A DNA stretch of 63,442 nt, counting the filler, from Octopus bimaculoides (taxonomy: Eukaryota), in NCBI RefSeq assembly GCF_001194135.2. It is 6 parts of 5 records of this genome, joined end to end, with 100 filler letters (N's around TTAATTAATTAA, not from the genome) between each part and the next. Parts side by side here need not be neighbours in the genome. Positions count along the whole stretch, not along the records: positions 62,147 to 63,442 come from NC_068985.1; 5 more parts are not named here. One strand, written 5' to 3'. Shown here piece by piece: positions 62,764 to 63,442 of the stretch. Positions within the stretch are counted from its first letter, which is position 1, and every line of letters begins with the position of its first letter. The position numbers and the translations under genes were made by a program. The notes beneath the pieces were generated by a model, which had not been told where the DNA came from, did no database searches, and was given only the letters and a program-made list of their open reading frames with translations.

Positions 62764-63442
62764 GTGTGTGTATGAGAGAGGGTGACTGTGTGTAAGTATG
62801 TATCCTTAAGGTATTTACTCTATCAATTTAACTTGATATAAACCGGAAACCATCGTATCCTTCAGGTACGTGCATATTTCGCTTGGCTGGATCACCCGTA
62901 ATTCACCTTATTCTCAATAAATATGATACTGCAATGTTAAAGAGGAATTCGCAGCGGCGGTGGATGTGTTGGGATAAATTCAATTTAAATTCTTGGAGAC
63001 GATTGCGCTCCAAATACATCACATTAGTCATCAACCACCACCAACCTCAATATATCCATCAATCTAAGCAGCTGGATTATTTCTTAGAGAAAATCTGTGT
63101 GTGTTTGTGTGTGCGCGTATATAAATGTATATACATATATATGAGTGGCATCCGTCGATTTTGCTTATATACATTCTTTTATAAAATCAATTGATCCAAC
63201 TAAACATGCACTTAAATTGTACGGAGCTGAATATCTCACAGATACAAGTATCACTCAAACATTTGCACATTTATCTTGTAGAATGTCTTCTCGCCCGTAC
63301 TTGATATATACTGGAATTGAAGAAGGCGACAAGTTACAATGGAGCTATAAAGACAAAAGCTTTATTTATCTCATATATTATAGTTCATATATAAGTGTTC
63401 AGAAGTACACATACATACATATGTATATATATATATATATAT

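Noticed and set aside
62883-63360. ORF 62883-63194 and a minus-strand segment with faint coilin N-terminal resemblance (VTCRLLQFQY)
   Set aside because: There is no convincing homology, the segment ends in a stop, and it could not be spliced in phase to the 60930 exon.

Overview
Eukaryotic, repeat-dominated scaffold window with many N gaps. The SINE, LINE and microsatellite content looks like an octopod cephalopod, which is my inference from recognising repeat families. I found no rRNA, true tRNA, CRISPR or prokaryote-type operon. Positions 3-22.5 kb are a retroelement island: a degraded Tx1-type ORF1, a Helentron-like non-autonomous element, a foldback element with telomere-like repeats, two near full-length but decayed Tx1/L1-superclade LINEs head-to-tail around (AAT)n tracts, R4/Dong-type RLE LINE pieces and two Penelope-like elements. 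The rest holds a pseudogenised exon of at least 9 tandem six-Cys VWC/pacifastin-like modules (28.1-29.1 kb), CR1 and maT-mariner fragments, a type I hammerhead ribozyme inside a 27-bp perfect inverted repeat (30.8 kb) and a decayed Naiad-like PLE. It also has many copies of three SINE families, four TA-flanked MITEs, RTE LINEs whose RT carries an inserted PHD finger, and two in-phase exons of an unidentified Lys-rich host gene inside a CpG-depleted domain (52-61.7 kb). All translations and alignments were done by eye and no database searches were run.
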